From: an uncultured bacterium
GTDB lineage: Bacteria; Lernaellota; Lernaellaia; Lernaellales; Lernaellaceae
Direction: 5' to 3'
DNA length: 64,000 nucleotides
Assembly (NCBI GenBank): GCA_964511015.1
Contig: CAZEDX010000005.1
Location: 21,171-85,170 of the forward strand
The notes under the pieces are model-generated. The model saw nothing but the letters and a program-made list of their open reading frames with translations. It did not search any database and was not told where the DNA came from. The position numbers were made by a program, and so were the translations under genes. Shown here in pieces: positions 35,362 to 45,690 of this stretch; position 1 is the first letter of the stretch; each line of letters opens with the position of its first letter.

Positions 35362-36198
35362 TCAACCCGTCCTCAACACATGCCGCCAAAGGAACTGGAT
35401 ATTGCCTTTGGGCGACTTAGGGATTTCCAAATTTAGCACATTCCGTGCAAGTTGGGTGAACATTTTCGCCGCAGGCGAATCGGGAAACGCATCCAACAAC
35501 GCCTGACGCTGGGCGACCGCACGAGTGATGTTGAGATCGCGCGGAACATAGCCAAAAAAGTCCAACGAGATGTCCAGAAAACGCCCGCTGACCTGGGCCA
35601 GGCTACGAAACACCTCACGGGCTTGTTTTTCGTCTTTGGCCATGTTCACGAGCAACTGGAACCGCTTTTCCTGGTAGCGCGTGGAAAGCACTTTCATCAG
35701 CGCGTAGGCGTCGGTGATCGCCGTTGGCTCCGAAGTCGTGATCACCAGGATATGCTGCGCGACGACGTTGAAATACATCACGTTCGGGCCGATGCCCGCC
35801 CCGGTATCCAACAGGAGAATATCGATGCGCCGGTCCCAGTTCTCGAACTGTGCCAGCAGTTCCATGCGTTGCGATTCGCTGAGCGTGGGAACTTCGTCCA
35901 CACCGCTGTTGGCCGGAAGGATCAACAGCCCGTCCGGACCTTCCACCACCACATCGTCGATCTTTTTCTCGCCGGTGAGCACGTGGCCGATATTGTATTG
36001 CGGATTAAGACCCAGCACGATGTCGATGTTGGCTAGACCGAGATCGGTATCAAAGATCAACACCCGTTGTCCCATCCGCGCCAAGGCCAAGCCGACATTC
36101 GCGCAGATGTTCGTTTTGCCCACGCCACCTTTGCCGGAGGTAATGGACAACACGCGCACCTGTTGGCCTTCGATGTAGGGCACCCGTTCTTCGGTCAT
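35362..36198 (-). CDS. flhG: Flagellar number regulator FlhG/FleN (MinD-like ATPase).
   Basis: Deviant Walker A SGKGGVGKTNICANVGLALA. Located after flhF. Confidence 0.8.
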   Translation of the reverse strand: MTEERVPYIEGQQVRVLSITSGKGGVGKTNICANVGLALARMGQRVLIFDTDLGLANIDIVLGLNPQYNIGHVLTGEKKIDDVVVEGPDGLLILPANSGVDEVPTLSESQRMELLAQFENWDRRIDILLLDTGAGIGPNVMYFNVVAQHILVITTSEPTAITDAYALMKVLSTRYQEKRFQLLVNMAKDEKQAREVFRSLAQVSGRFLDISLDFFGYVPRDLNITRAVAQRQALLDAFPDSPAAKMFTQLARNVLNLEIPKSPKGNIQFLWRHVLRTG

Positions 36199-36277
36199 GG
36201 TCGCCTTGTTCCTGCGCTGGGACGCTCGTCGTCTCAGCACATCTGCTTGATCAACCACCTTGCCTGCCCTTCTTATT

Positions 36278-37453
36278 TCATTGCGCGCTGATTGACAACA
36301 GCAGGTCTGCCACCCGTTCGGGGGTAGCCGGCTCAATGTCGTCCGGCACACTCTGACCTACGGTAAAGAACGAAACTGGCAAACGCGTATCCTGCATCAG
36401 ATTGTACACGCCGCCGAAGCGATTTGCCTCGTCCAATTTGGAAACGATCAAACTGGATAACGGCAGGACGCGATAACGCGTGGCAATGTCAGTCAGGTCG
36501 GCATCCGCCGTGGTCGCCGATACGATCAGATGGACATCCATAGGCACGCCTGCTTGATGGACTTTGGCCAGTTCCCCGATCATTGCCGCGTCTTTCTGGC
36601 TGGCGCCGGCAGTGTCGACCAACAACATGTCTTTGTCTGCGTGGCGCCGCGCCGCTTCGACAAACTCCACCGGACTCAAACACACCTCGACTGGCACGTC
36701 GAGAATTTTTGCATAGGTTCGCAATTGGTCGATGGCGCCGATACGGTAGGTGTCTACGGTCAACAGGGCGACCGACCGATCCAGTTCAAATACTTGCTGA
36801 GCTGCCAGCTTGGCGACGGTTGTGGTTTTGCCGACACCGGTCGGGCCCACGACCATATGCACCTTTTGGCCACGTGTCGCCTGAAATGGCTGAGTCGTCC
36901 GCACGTGTTCCATGAGACGACGCGCCAAGTAGTCCAGACCGTGCGCCGTTACCGGCAAATGGCGGGCGGCCAGGTCGGCCGCGGTCTGTTCGATCAACGG
37001 CCGCGCATAACGGTCTTCCACTCCCGACGAACGCAGCCGCTCGGACAATTGCACGAAATCGTCCTTGCCTAACAGTTCGCCCTTTTCTTGGGCGCGGCCC
37101 TGCGCAACCAATAGATCGCGAATAATGCCTTTGAGCTCGCCCAATTCGGCGGTCAGTCCGTCAAGACGCGAGGTCCAGGAGTCCGGTTGCCACCGCTCTT
37201 CCAAGTCGTCGAGACGCCGGCGGATGGCACTCAAGTCCTTGCGCAGTTCGGTCATACCGTCGCTGGCCGGCATTGGTGCCGACGCCGCGGCGGGAGGTGG
37301 CGAATCCGGCAACGATGCGGTGATCTCGAGTTCCGTCTTCGCGCCGTTCGGCACGTTGCGCAACGACAGAATGACGGCATCCGGCCCCATTTCCCTCTTG
37401 ACCAGTTTAATGGCCTGACTGATGTTCGGTGCGCGGAACTTGCGAATTGGCAT
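36278..37453 (-). CDS. flhF: Flagellar biosynthesis SRP-like GTPase.
   Basis: G1 VVGPTGVGKTTTVAKLAA; ...LVDTAG...; SRP-GTPase organisation. 391 aa. Confidence 0.85.
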   Translation of the reverse strand: MPIRKFRAPNISQAIKLVKREMGPDAVILSLRNVPNGAKTELEITASLPDSPPPAAASAPMPASDGMTELRKDLSAIRRRLDDLEERWQPDSWTSRLDGLTAELGELKGIIRDLLVAQGRAQEKGELLGKDDFVQLSERLRSSGVEDRYARPLIEQTAADLAARHLPVTAHGLDYLARRLMEHVRTTQPFQATRGQKVHMVVGPTGVGKTTTVAKLAAQQVFELDRSVALLTVDTYRIGAIDQLRTYAKILDVPVEVCLSPVEFVEAARRHADKDMLLVDTAGASQKDAAMIGELAKVHQAGVPMDVHLIVSATTADADLTDIATRYRVLPLSSLIVSKLDEANRFGGVYNLMQDTRLPVSFFTVGQSVPDDIEPATPERVADLLLSISAQ

Positions 37454-37456
37454 GGC

Positions 37457-39529
37457 TTACACTCCCAGTACACCAAGCGAGTAGATTCTGGCCTTGGTAT
37501 CGATTTCGTTGTGGCTGAGCACCGCCACGTTGGGTACGAACTTGTCCAGGAATCGTTTGAGATGACCGCGGATAATCGGTGAGGTCAGCAATACCGGCCG
37601 GGCCCCGACTGCGGTGAATTTTCCCAACCCCTTTTCTGTCGCGGAAATGATGCGCTGAGCCATGTTCGGGTCCAGCGCCATGTAGGATCCCTGGTCGGTC
37701 TGCGTGATGGAATCAGTTAGCTTTTGCTCCAGTTTGCCGTCGACCGTCATCAGTGGAATCGATCCTTCCTCCGTCAGGAACTGCGCGGTTATCGCCCGCG
37801 CCAGCGATTGACGCACATATTCGGTGAGCACATCGGGGTCACGGGTAAGCGGTGCGTAGTCGGCCAACGTTTCAACGATGGTCAGCAGGTCACGAATGCT
37901 GACTTCCTCACTAAGCAGGTTTTTGAGCACCTTCTGCACCGCACCCAACGAGAGGACGGTCGGCACCAGCTCCTCAACCACCTTTGGGTTCGTCTTTTTG
38001 AGGTTTTCCAGCAGATGACTGACTTCCTGGCGGCCGAGGATCTCATGGGAATGAATGCGGAAGATCTCGGACAAGTGTGTGGTGATTACCGTGGAGAGGT
38101 CAACTACGGTATAGCCGGCGAATTGCGCCTGTTCACGTTCGCGCCGACGGATCCACACGGCAGGTAACCCAAAGGCCGGCTCGACCGTCGGAATGCCATC
38201 GATCGGGTTGTCCACCGTGCCCGGATCCATGGCCAGCAAGCGGTCGGGCATCAGGTCGCCGCTGCCGACTTCGACCCCTTTGATCATGATCCGGTATTGC
38301 CCCGGCTTGAGCTGCAAATTGTCCCGAATATGGATGGGGGGAATGATGACGCCCATCTTCTGGGCGAACTGCTTGCGAATCGCCCGCACTTTGTCCAGCA
38401 GTTCGCCGCCCTGCTCGGTATCGACCAGGTTGATGAGACCGTACCCAACTTCGAGCTCGATCAGATCCATAGCTAGGAAGTCCTCGACGGTTTCCGGCGC
38501 CGCAGGCGCGACCTCTTCCTCTCGCGGCTTGGCCGCTTCGGCTGCTCGTTGGGCATTACGGGTTTGGAAGCCAACGAAAACAATGACCATCGCCAACAAC
38601 ATGAACGGCGCGAACGGCAGGCCCGGAACCAGCGAAAAGCCGGCCAACAAACCACCGGCAATGAACAGCACCTTGGGCTTGCCCAACAACTGCCAGCCGA
38701 TTTCACCGGCCAGGTCGGCTTCGGAACTGGCGCGAGTGACAATGATACCCGCGGCGGTGGAAACGATCAGCGCCGGGATCTGGCTCACCAGGCCGTCACC
38801 AACGGACAGTAAGGTGTAGTTGCTGGCGGCGGTGGCCATGTCCATACCCGATTGGGCCACACCGATGACGAAACCGCCGATGATGTTGACCAACACAATG
38901 ATGATACCGGCAATGGCATCACCGCGGACGAACTTCGCGGCACCGTCCATGGCGCCATAGAAGTCGGCCTGCTGTTCGATTTCCTTACGGCGAGCGCGAG
39001 CGCCAGCCTCGTCAATCAACCCGGCATTCAGGTCGGCATCAATCGACATCTGTTTGCCGGGCATGGCGTCCAAGGTAAAGCGCGCCGACACTTCGGCGAT
39101 GCGCGTTGCGCCCTTGGTGATAACCACGAAGTTGATGATGATCAGAACGGTAAAGATGATCAGACCGACCACGTAGCTGCCGCCGACCACAAACTGGCCG
39201 AACGCCTGAATGACATGACCCGCCGCATCGGTTCCCTCGCTGCCATGCAACAGAATCATTCGGGTGGTCGCCACATTCAAAGACAATCGGTACAAGGTAA
39301 CGAACAGCAAGACGGTTGGAAAAGCCGAAAAGTCGAGCGGCCGCTCGGTGAACAGACTGACCAGAAGGATCAGCAACCCCAGCATGATGCTGATCGTCAA
39401 CATCACGTCGAGCAACACCGGCGGGACCGGAATGATCATCACGACAACAACGGTGACCAAGCCGATCGCGAGAAACAATTCGGTATTCCGGATCGAAGGG
39501 GGCAGCACTCGGTTGATCGCCGTCGCCAT
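37457..39529 (-). CDS. flhA: Flagellar export apparatus protein FlhA.
   Basis: 690 aa. N-terminal polytopic domain plus cytoplasmic domain. FlhA family hallmarks. Confidence 0.95.
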   Translation of the reverse strand: MATAINRVLPPSIRNTELFLAIGLVTVVVVMIIPVPPVLLDVMLTISIMLGLLILLVSLFTERPLDFSAFPTVLLFVTLYRLSLNVATTRMILLHGSEGTDAAGHVIQAFGQFVVGGSYVVGLIIFTVLIIINFVVITKGATRIAEVSARFTLDAMPGKQMSIDADLNAGLIDEAGARARRKEIEQQADFYGAMDGAAKFVRGDAIAGIIIVLVNIIGGFVIGVAQSGMDMATAASNYTLLSVGDGLVSQIPALIVSTAAGIIVTRASSEADLAGEIGWQLLGKPKVLFIAGGLLAGFSLVPGLPFAPFMLLAMVIVFVGFQTRNAQRAAEAAKPREEEVAPAAPETVEDFLAMDLIELEVGYGLINLVDTEQGGELLDKVRAIRKQFAQKMGVIIPPIHIRDNLQLKPGQYRIMIKGVEVGSGDLMPDRLLAMDPGTVDNPIDGIPTVEPAFGLPAVWIRRREREQAQFAGYTVVDLSTVITTHLSEIFRIHSHEILGRQEVSHLLENLKKTNPKVVEELVPTVLSLGAVQKVLKNLLSEEVSIRDLLTIVETLADYAPLTRDPDVLTEYVRQSLARAITAQFLTEEGSIPLMTVDGKLEQKLTDSITQTDQGSYMALDPNMAQRIISATEKGLGKFTAVGARPVLLTSPIIRGHLKRFLDKFVPNVAVLSHNEIDTKARIYSLGVLGV

Positions 39530-40600
39530 TTATGCGCTCCGCTTTTCACGCAGGTTGTACACATAGGCGAGAATCTCAGCGATCGCCTGATACAACCCGA
39601 CGGGAATCAGTTGATTCAGCTTGACCGTACGAAACAGTTCCCGCGCCAGGGCGCGACGCTCAAGGATCGGCACACCATGACGGGCGGCGATTTCACGGAT
39701 CTTTTCGGCCACTACGCCCTTTCCTTTGGCCACCAGTCGCGGCGCCGTGTCCCGCCCAACGACATACTGCAGCGCGATGGCGATCTCGGTGGGGTTGGTG
39801 ATGACCACGTCGGCTTTCGGCACCGCCTGCATCATCCGCCGCATGGCGGTCTCGCGCTGGATCGTGCGAATGCGGGCCTTGATCTTGGGATCACCTTCCA
39901 TGTGCTTGTGCTCTTCCTTGATTTCGTCGCGCGACATGCGCAACTTTTTCTCCCAATCGAAGCGCTGATAGGAATAGTCCAGAATCGCCAGAAACACCAA
40001 GACGATCAGGGTGTTCAACATGATGCGATACATCATGGTCATCATGTAGGCGAACACCGACCATGCCGGCAGGTGAATCAGACTGACCAAGGTCGCCATT
40101 TCGTCTTTTATGACCGACCACACCACGTAGCTGACAATGGCAATCTTGACTAGGCATTTGAGCGCTTCCACCCAACTGCGGATGGAGAACATGTTCTTGA
40201 CGCCGTTGATCGGGTTGAGTCGATCGAAGCTGGGCACCATCGCCTCGCCGGCATAGAGAAACCCAATTTGAGCCAGATACGAACCGACGCCCGCTATCAC
40301 CACAGCGGTCAACAACGGAAAGAAAAGAATGGCAATTTTCCAAACCAGTTCTTTCGTAATCAACCAGATGGTGAAGGTGTTGACTTCCATCTGCCCGGCC
40401 AGGCGCAAAGGCGTTTGAAAAAGGTCCGCCAGATGGTTCCACCACCAGCTCGAACCGATGGAAAACACCGCCAACGACGCCGCCAACACGGCGACACTGG
40501 GGAGTTCGCGGCTCAACGCCACGTTCCCCTTTTCGCGAGCCTGGTCGCGCTTGTGTGGTGATGCCGGCTCGTTACGTTCGGTGTCGTTCTGTTCGGACAT
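39530..40600 (-). CDS. flhB: Flagellar export apparatus protein FlhB.
   Basis: ...SPHKRDQAREKGNVALSREL... with 4 TM helices and a C-terminal domain. 356 aa. Confidence 0.9.
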   Translation of the reverse strand: MSEQNDTERNEPASPHKRDQAREKGNVALSRELPSVAVLAASLAVFSIGSSWWWNHLADLFQTPLRLAGQMEVNTFTIWLITKELVWKIAILFFPLLTAVVIAGVGSYLAQIGFLYAGEAMVPSFDRLNPINGVKNMFSIRSWVEALKCLVKIAIVSYVVWSVIKDEMATLVSLIHLPAWSVFAYMMTMMYRIMLNTLIVLVFLAILDYSYQRFDWEKKLRMSRDEIKEEHKHMEGDPKIKARIRTIQRETAMRRMMQAVPKADVVITNPTEIAIALQYVVGRDTAPRLVAKGKGVVAEKIREIAARHGVPILERRALARELFRTVKLNQLIPVGLYQAIAEILAYVYNLREKRSA

Positions 40601-40610
40601 GTTCCCCTTG

Positions 40611-41399
40611 TTACGGCTGCGGCGCCGTCTGTTGAAGGAAGAGCAACATGCGACGAAGACTCGCCGCGTAATCTTGTTGGACCCACTCGACGAAGAGCGG
40701 CATCACCGCTGCGGTCGCCAGCAACCCGACCGCGATCGTGAGCGGAAAACCGACGACAAACACATTCATTTGCGGAACCGTGCGGGCAATGATGCCCAGC
40801 ACCAATTTTGCCAGGAGCAGAGAAACGATCGGCGTGCCCGCCAATCCGATCGATGCCTTCAACGCCAAACCAACCGTTTCGGTGAATTCGCGAGCGTAGC
40901 TGGCCTTCCACACGGCCGCGCCGAGCGGTACTAGTTCGAAAGAGGTGAAAATGGCCGCTACGAACTCGCGATACAAGCCGCTCACCAGGAACACCATCAC
41001 CGCGACGCGCATTTGAAACGAAGCCGTCAAGCTGATGGAGGCACCGGTGATGGGATCGATGACGTTGACGATGGCCAAACCCATTTGGAAGCCGACCATT
41101 TGCGCCCCAATGGCGACCGCCTCGCTCACCCAATGCAACAAGTAGCCAGCCGCTAGTCCCAGTAAGAATTCACTTATTGCGGCCAGTACGTAACCACCAC
41201 CGGTAGCCGGCAGAGTCACCGGACGGCCCGAGAGGACGATGGTAGCAATCATGGCCATTGCCGCCGCTAAAGCCGCGCGCAACGGACGTGGGATTTCGGC
41301 GGAACTGAACACGGGCATGGTGATCAGGAGCCCCAGCACACGCAGATACACCAAACCGAACAATTCGATGACGTCAGTGGACAGCGTGTACAACGGCAT
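40611..41399 (-). CDS. fliR: Flagellar export apparatus protein FliR.
   Basis: Polytopic membrane protein following fliQ. Start MPLYTLSTDV. Confidence 0.85.
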   Translation of the reverse strand: MPLYTLSTDVIELFGLVYLRVLGLLITMPVFSSAEIPRPLRAALAAAMAMIATIVLSGRPVTLPATGGGYVLAAISEFLLGLAAGYLLHWVSEAVAIGAQMVGFQMGLAIVNVIDPITGASISLTASFQMRVAVMVFLVSGLYREFVAAIFTSFELVPLGAAVWKASYAREFTETVGLALKASIGLAGTPIVSLLLAKLVLGIIARTVPQMNVFVVGFPLTIAVGLLATAAVMPLFVEWVQQDYAASLRRMLLFLQQTAPQP

Positions 41400-41407
41400 C
41401 AGTCTCC

Positions 41408-41677
41408 TCAACGTAGAAACTGGTCCCAATTGGTGAAGCAGCGGGTAGTAAAAGACAACAACGCCGTCATCATCCGGTCCCAACTCAAGGCGACCGCCGC
41501 CACCGCCGCCAGAATCTTCGGAATAAAGGTCAGGGTCATTTCATGAATCTGGGTTACCGCCTGGAATACACTGATCAGGATACCGACGACCAATCCCGCC
41601 AATAGGGCCGGATACGACACTTGCCACGAAACCATCAACGCGTCTTGCGCGAGCTTGGCCAGGGCTTCGAGATTCAT
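41408..41677 (-). CDS. fliQ: Flagellar export apparatus protein FliQ.
   Basis: 89-aa two-TM protein MNLEALAKLAQDALMVSWQVSYPALLAGLVVGILISVFQAVTQIHEMTLTFIPKI. Confidence 0.9.
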   Translation of the reverse strand: MNLEALAKLAQDALMVSWQVSYPALLAGLVVGILISVFQAVTQIHEMTLTFIPKILAAVAAVALSWDRMMTALLSFTTRCFTNWDQFLR

Positions 41678-41692
41678 ACGCGGATCCTTCCG

Positions 41693-42475
41693 TTAGGTGC
41701 CGAAACTGTTGACCAGGCTGCCGATGAGCAGGTACCACCCGTCGGCCAACACAAAGATCAGCAGTTTGAACGGCAGAGAGATCATGATGGGAGGCAACAT
41801 CAACATGCCCATACTCATCAAGACTGACGAGATGACCATGTCGACGATCAAAAACGGCAGCCAAATGAGAAATCCAATCATGAAAGCGGTACGCAATTCG
41901 GAAAGGACAAACGCCGGCGCGATCACCCATGTCGGTACGTCGTCTAACGTTCTCGGTTGTGGCCGTTTTCCGATGTGCAGAAACAAGCCCAGATCCTTTT
42001 CCCGCGTCTGCTTCAACATGAAGCCGCGGAGCGGTTCCATTGTTTTCTGGAAGGCCTCCTCATAGCCGATTTGCTGGGCCATATAAGGTTTCACCGCGTT
42101 TTCGTGGATCTGAGTCCAGACTGGGAACATGATGAACACGGTCAAGAACAACGAAAGCCCGAGGACAATCTGGTTGGTTGGAGTCTGGTTGGTGCCCAAC
42201 GCCTGCCGGGCAAAGGACAATACAACGACAATGCGTGTAAAGGAGGTGAACATCAATAAGAATGACGGCACCAACGCCATCACCGTGAGGATCAGCAGCA
42301 GTTTGACTGCCGTCGAAACCTGGTCGGGCGAGTTGGCCTGCCCGACGCCGATCGTGACCTGTGGCACCACCAGGGGGCTTCCGCCGGCGGGGGCACTCTG
42401 CGCCAGCACCGGCGGGGCCCAGGCGCCGAGCAACACAATCCCTCCAACGATGACCAAGATAACCCTCATCGTCAT
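41693..42475 (-). CDS. fliP: Flagellar export apparatus protein FliP.
   Basis: ...LLMFTSFTRIVVVLSFARQALGTNQTPTNQIVLGLSLFLTVFIMFPV FliP signature. 260 aa. Confidence 0.9.
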   Translation of the reverse strand: MTMRVILVIVGGIVLLGAWAPPVLAQSAPAGGSPLVVPQVTIGVGQANSPDQVSTAVKLLLILTVMALVPSFLLMFTSFTRIVVVLSFARQALGTNQTPTNQIVLGLSLFLTVFIMFPVWTQIHENAVKPYMAQQIGYEEAFQKTMEPLRGFMLKQTREKDLGLFLHIGKRPQPRTLDDVPTWVIAPAFVLSELRTAFMIGFLIWLPFLIVDMVISSVLMSMGMLMLPPIMISLPFKLLIFVLADGWYLLIGSLVNSFGT

Positions 42476-42490
42476 CCTTTTTGCTGCGGA

Positions 42491-43600
42491 CTACAGCCTC
42501 TTCATTTCCTTCACGCGCGCGGCAATCGCCTTCAGCGTGCCGTTGTCGACGACCTCCCAGTCATTGGACGCCCGCCGCTGCTGCGCCTTCAGCCGATCGG
42601 CGAATTCTGTTTCGGCTCGACTGGGCAAGGCCTGCACCGTCTCCGCGGCCACGAAAGCCGGTTCGTCGGTGGATGCCGGCTTGACCGGCTCGTCGACATG
42701 GAGAATTCGACGTCGCGCTTCTTCCGACTCGATTTTGGTCAACATGGTGACCTCATTGCCGGCCAGCGCGACAACAATCAGTTCGCCCGCCACATCGATC
42801 ACGGCAATGCGGCGTTTCAGGTCCAGCGCCCCGGTTTGTACCACCCGAATCAGTCCGCTCTTCCCCCCGCCCATACGCGCCGGCAGTCGCAGCCGTTTGG
42901 CCAACGCCACAAGCAAAAAAAGCAGACCGAGCGCCACACACAACGCCGTCACAACCTTAACCACCGCGGACTTCCATTCAAAATCGCCGCTCACCGCGCT
43001 CGCGATGGCGGGTGCTGCTGGCGGCTTGGTTTCAGGCGCCGGCGTTGGTGCGGGAGTCGCCGGAGAATCGGCCAGCAACTGCGCCAAATTGATTTTGGCT
43101 TGTTCGTCGGCGGCGGGTGCCGTCTCGGGCGCCGGTTCGGCCGGGGCTTCGACCGCCGGAGGAACAGCCCCCGCGGGAACCTCGCCCACATACAGACGCA
43201 GGCCACCCTCAGTCGGGCGCAGAGTGAGCGACCGTTCGCCCTGGTACGAAGCGCGCAGCGTCAGCACCACTTTCACCTGGTTTTTCGTGATTTGATACGC
43301 GCGCACCCGCTCCACACAAGAACCGGCGGGTGTGATCAGAGTGCGGGTCGGTGGATCGACGTAGGTCCGCGACAGCAACACCGACACTTCCTGACCCGCG
43401 TTTTCGACCACCGCGTCGTTCAATCCCGCGCGGTCCAGAAGCTGTAGATCGATACCACACCCCTCACCAGTCACTTTGCTGGCGCCAGTCAGGTAGTTCA
43501 AATTCGGAAACAAAGGCACTTCGGCGGACGCCATCGCTGGCATCAACAACCACAGAGCGGCCATTGTCAACAGAATCGTGGTGGTTACCCTACTCTGCAT
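42491..43600 (-). CDS. fliO: FliO-like protein with a ~190-aa N-terminal signal-peptide-bearing extension and a Pro/Ala-rich linker.
   Basis: C-terminal half (TM helix VVKVVTALCVALGLLFLLVALA + ...RRIAVIDVAGELIVVALAGNEVTMLTKIE) is FliO-like and in the canonical fliN-fliO-fliP position. N-terminal half MQSRVTTTILLTMAALWLLMPAMASA... plus PAVEAPAEPAPETAPAAD linker. Confidence 0.6.
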   Translation of the reverse strand: MQSRVTTTILLTMAALWLLMPAMASAEVPLFPNLNYLTGASKVTGEGCGIDLQLLDRAGLNDAVVENAGQEVSVLLSRTYVDPPTRTLITPAGSCVERVRAYQITKNQVKVVLTLRASYQGERSLTLRPTEGGLRLYVGEVPAGAVPPAVEAPAEPAPETAPAADEQAKINLAQLLADSPATPAPTPAPETKPPAAPAIASAVSGDFEWKSAVVKVVTALCVALGLLFLLVALAKRLRLPARMGGGKSGLIRVVQTGALDLKRRIAVIDVAGELIVVALAGNEVTMLTKIESEEARRRILHVDEPVKPASTDEPAFVAAETVQALPSRAETEFADRLKAQQRRASNDWEVVDNGTLKAIAARVKEMKRL

Positions 43601-43611
43601 CGCGGCCTCCG

Positions 43612-44142
43612 CTACTTCAACGACTCAATGCGTTCAGTCTTGCTGATAACGTCCGTCAGACGGATGCCGAACTTCTCATTGACAATTACCGCTTCCCCGC
43701 GGGCCACCAGCTTGTCGTTGACGAACACCTCCAGCGGTTCGCCAGCCATCTTGGTCAATTCCACAATGCTGCCGGGTCCAAGGTTGAGCAGATCGCCGAT
43801 GGTCATGCGCGTACGTCCGACCTCGACCGTCAACAGCAGTGGAATGTCCAGCACGAATTCCAGCGACCGAGGCGCCGCAGGCATCGCCGATTCGCGGGGC
43901 AGTTCCTGGAACTGGACATCGCGTGCCGGCGACCCCGACGGAACAGGCTCTCCCTCGGCTACAGCTTCGCCGGCATGCAAATCGTCATCGGACAAGCCCC
44001 ACGCCGCCGGATCATCCATGGCCGGATCTTTCTTCTCCGCCGGCGTGGTGGGCGGAGCCGCCGGTGTCCCCGACTCTTCATTCATTTCCGCCAGCAGCTT
44101 GTCGATCTCATCCTGGCTGACCACGTTTTCGTCATCAGGCAT
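43612..44142 (-). CDS. fliN: Flagellar motor switch protein FliN/FliY.
   Basis: C-terminal SpoA domain ...LDIPLLLTVEVGRTRMTIGDLLNLGPGSIVELTKMAGEPLEVFVNDKLVARGEAVIVNEKFGIRLTDVI. Confidence 0.85.
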   Translation of the reverse strand: MPDDENVVSQDEIDKLLAEMNEESGTPAAPPTTPAEKKDPAMDDPAAWGLSDDDLHAGEAVAEGEPVPSGSPARDVQFQELPRESAMPAAPRSLEFVLDIPLLLTVEVGRTRMTIGDLLNLGPGSIVELTKMAGEPLEVFVNDKLVARGEAVIVNEKFGIRLTDVISKTERIESLK

Positions 44143-44168
44143 GGTGCCTACCCCTCTCGTTCACGAGA

Positions 44169-45179
44169 CTAGATCACCTTGATCGCCTTGTAGCCCCGTT
44201 CAATCCCGACTGTTGCTCTGAACTTGGGAATCGACTCAACCAGTACGTCCACCGGCTGGTCGCTGAATTTGTCCAACTGCAAGATTTGCCCTTCGGTCAA
44301 GGCCAATAGTTCACCGACCGTTACCCGTCCCCGACCGAACTGCGCAACCACTTCCACGGAGGCGTCGCGCGCCGCACCTTCGAACGCGTTGCGCCATAGC
44401 TTGTCGTCGTAAGCCGCGCCTTCGCCAAGGAAGCCGGAAGAAAGCTTTTCTTTGACCGGCTCGATCATGGCGTAGGGCATCACGATCTGGATCAGACCCG
44501 AATTCCCTTCCACGTCAACACTGCTTTCGATCACCAACACGATCTCGGTCGGGTGGGCGATCGACACGAACTGCGGGTTGATTTCCGTGCGTTGAAACTC
44601 AATACGCACAGGTTGAACCGGGTCCCAGGCCTTTTGGAACTCGTTGAGCGCGTTGACGACGACCTTGCGCACAATATTCAGTTCGATGGCCGTGAAGTCG
44701 CGTCCTTCCACCCGGAACCGGACTTTGCCCGACCCGCCGAGAAAAATATTCACCAGCACGAAGGTGAAATTGCTTTCGATGATCATCGCGCCCATGCCGC
44801 GGAACGGCTCCATCTTGAACAGGTTGATGGAGGTCGGCAGCGGCAGGCTGTTTAGGAATTCGCTGAATTTAATCAGTCGGATGTCGCCGACTTCCACGTC
44901 AACCACCCGCCGAAGTTCAATCGACAACGCACTACGGAAGTCGCGGCAGAATTTTTCATGGATCACCTCGAGCATCGGCATCTTGCCGCGGAAGATGCGG
45001 TCCTGACTGGTCAGGTCGTAAGGACGAACGTCACGGTCGCCGCGCTCGAACGATTCCATACGCGGCGCCGCTGCCGCCGCCGCTATTGGCGTCCGCTCCT
45101 CGGCCACCGTCTCAATAACGCCCGAGCTTACCGCCGCAAGTAGAGCGTCGACTTCGTCTTGGTTGAGAACCTGACCCAT
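44169..45179 (-). CDS. fliM: Flagellar motor switch protein FliM.
   Basis: MGQVLNQDEVDALLAAV... N-terminal CheY-P binding motif. 336 aa. Confidence 0.9.
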   Translation of the reverse strand: MGQVLNQDEVDALLAAVSSGVIETVAEERTPIAAAAAAPRMESFERGDRDVRPYDLTSQDRIFRGKMPMLEVIHEKFCRDFRSALSIELRRVVDVEVGDIRLIKFSEFLNSLPLPTSINLFKMEPFRGMGAMIIESNFTFVLVNIFLGGSGKVRFRVEGRDFTAIELNIVRKVVVNALNEFQKAWDPVQPVRIEFQRTEINPQFVSIAHPTEIVLVIESSVDVEGNSGLIQIVMPYAMIEPVKEKLSSGFLGEGAAYDDKLWRNAFEGAARDASVEVVAQFGRGRVTVGELLALTEGQILQLDKFSDQPVDVLVESIPKFRATVGIERGYKAIKVI

Positions 45180-45189
45180 TGCTTCCGCC

Positions 45190-45690
45190 TCAGGAAACGA
45201 TGAATTCGGTGAACAATACGTCGCCCACGGCGTTGGTACCTAGTATCTCGTTGAGCCGCAGGGTCAGTTCCTGCTTCAGCTTGAGCTTGCCCTTCCCGTC
45301 ACGGATCTGATCGTACGTCTTGCTGGTCAGCAAGAGAATGATCGTATCTTGGATTTTGGGTTTGAGCTTTTCCATTTGGGGTTTCAGGTTCTCACTGGTC
45401 AATTCAATGACCATCTTGACCTTCAGGTAGCGCGCCTGTTCGACATCCGCGAGATTCACCACGAACGGATCAAGATCGACCGTCGCCTTGGGCGCCTCGG
45501 GTTCCGCCGGCTTTGCCGCGTGCGCGGGGTTTTCCGGGCCATGAGCGGCCTTCTTGCCGCCGCCAATGATCCCCGTCAAAAAGAGCACTGCGACGATCAC
45601 ACCGATCGCCACGACTGCCCCGCCGCCGATGAAGATCAGCTTTTTCGAGGACTTTTTTGGCGCTTGGACTGTAGTTTCTTGCTCGGCCAT
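45190..45690 (-). CDS. fliL: Flagellar basal-body-associated protein FliL.
   Basis: Single N-terminal TM helix plus periplasmic domain, 166 aa, preceding fliM. Confidence 0.8.
   Translation of the reverse strand: MAEQETTVQAPKKSSKKLIFIGGGAVVAIGVIVAVLFLTGIIGGGKKAAHGPENPAHAAKPAEPEAPKATVDLDPFVVNLADVEQARYLKVKMVIELTSENLKPQMEKLKPKIQDTIILLLTSKTYDQIRDGKGKLKLKQELTLRLNEILGTNAVGDVLFTEFIVS

Noticed and set aside
42491-43600. Calling the 369-aa ORF FlhF-like or a separate periplasmic protein plus fliO.
   Set aside because: No GTPase motifs. A single continuous frame with FliO-like TM and C-terminal domain in the canonical fliN-fliP position, so kept as an N-terminally extended FliO.
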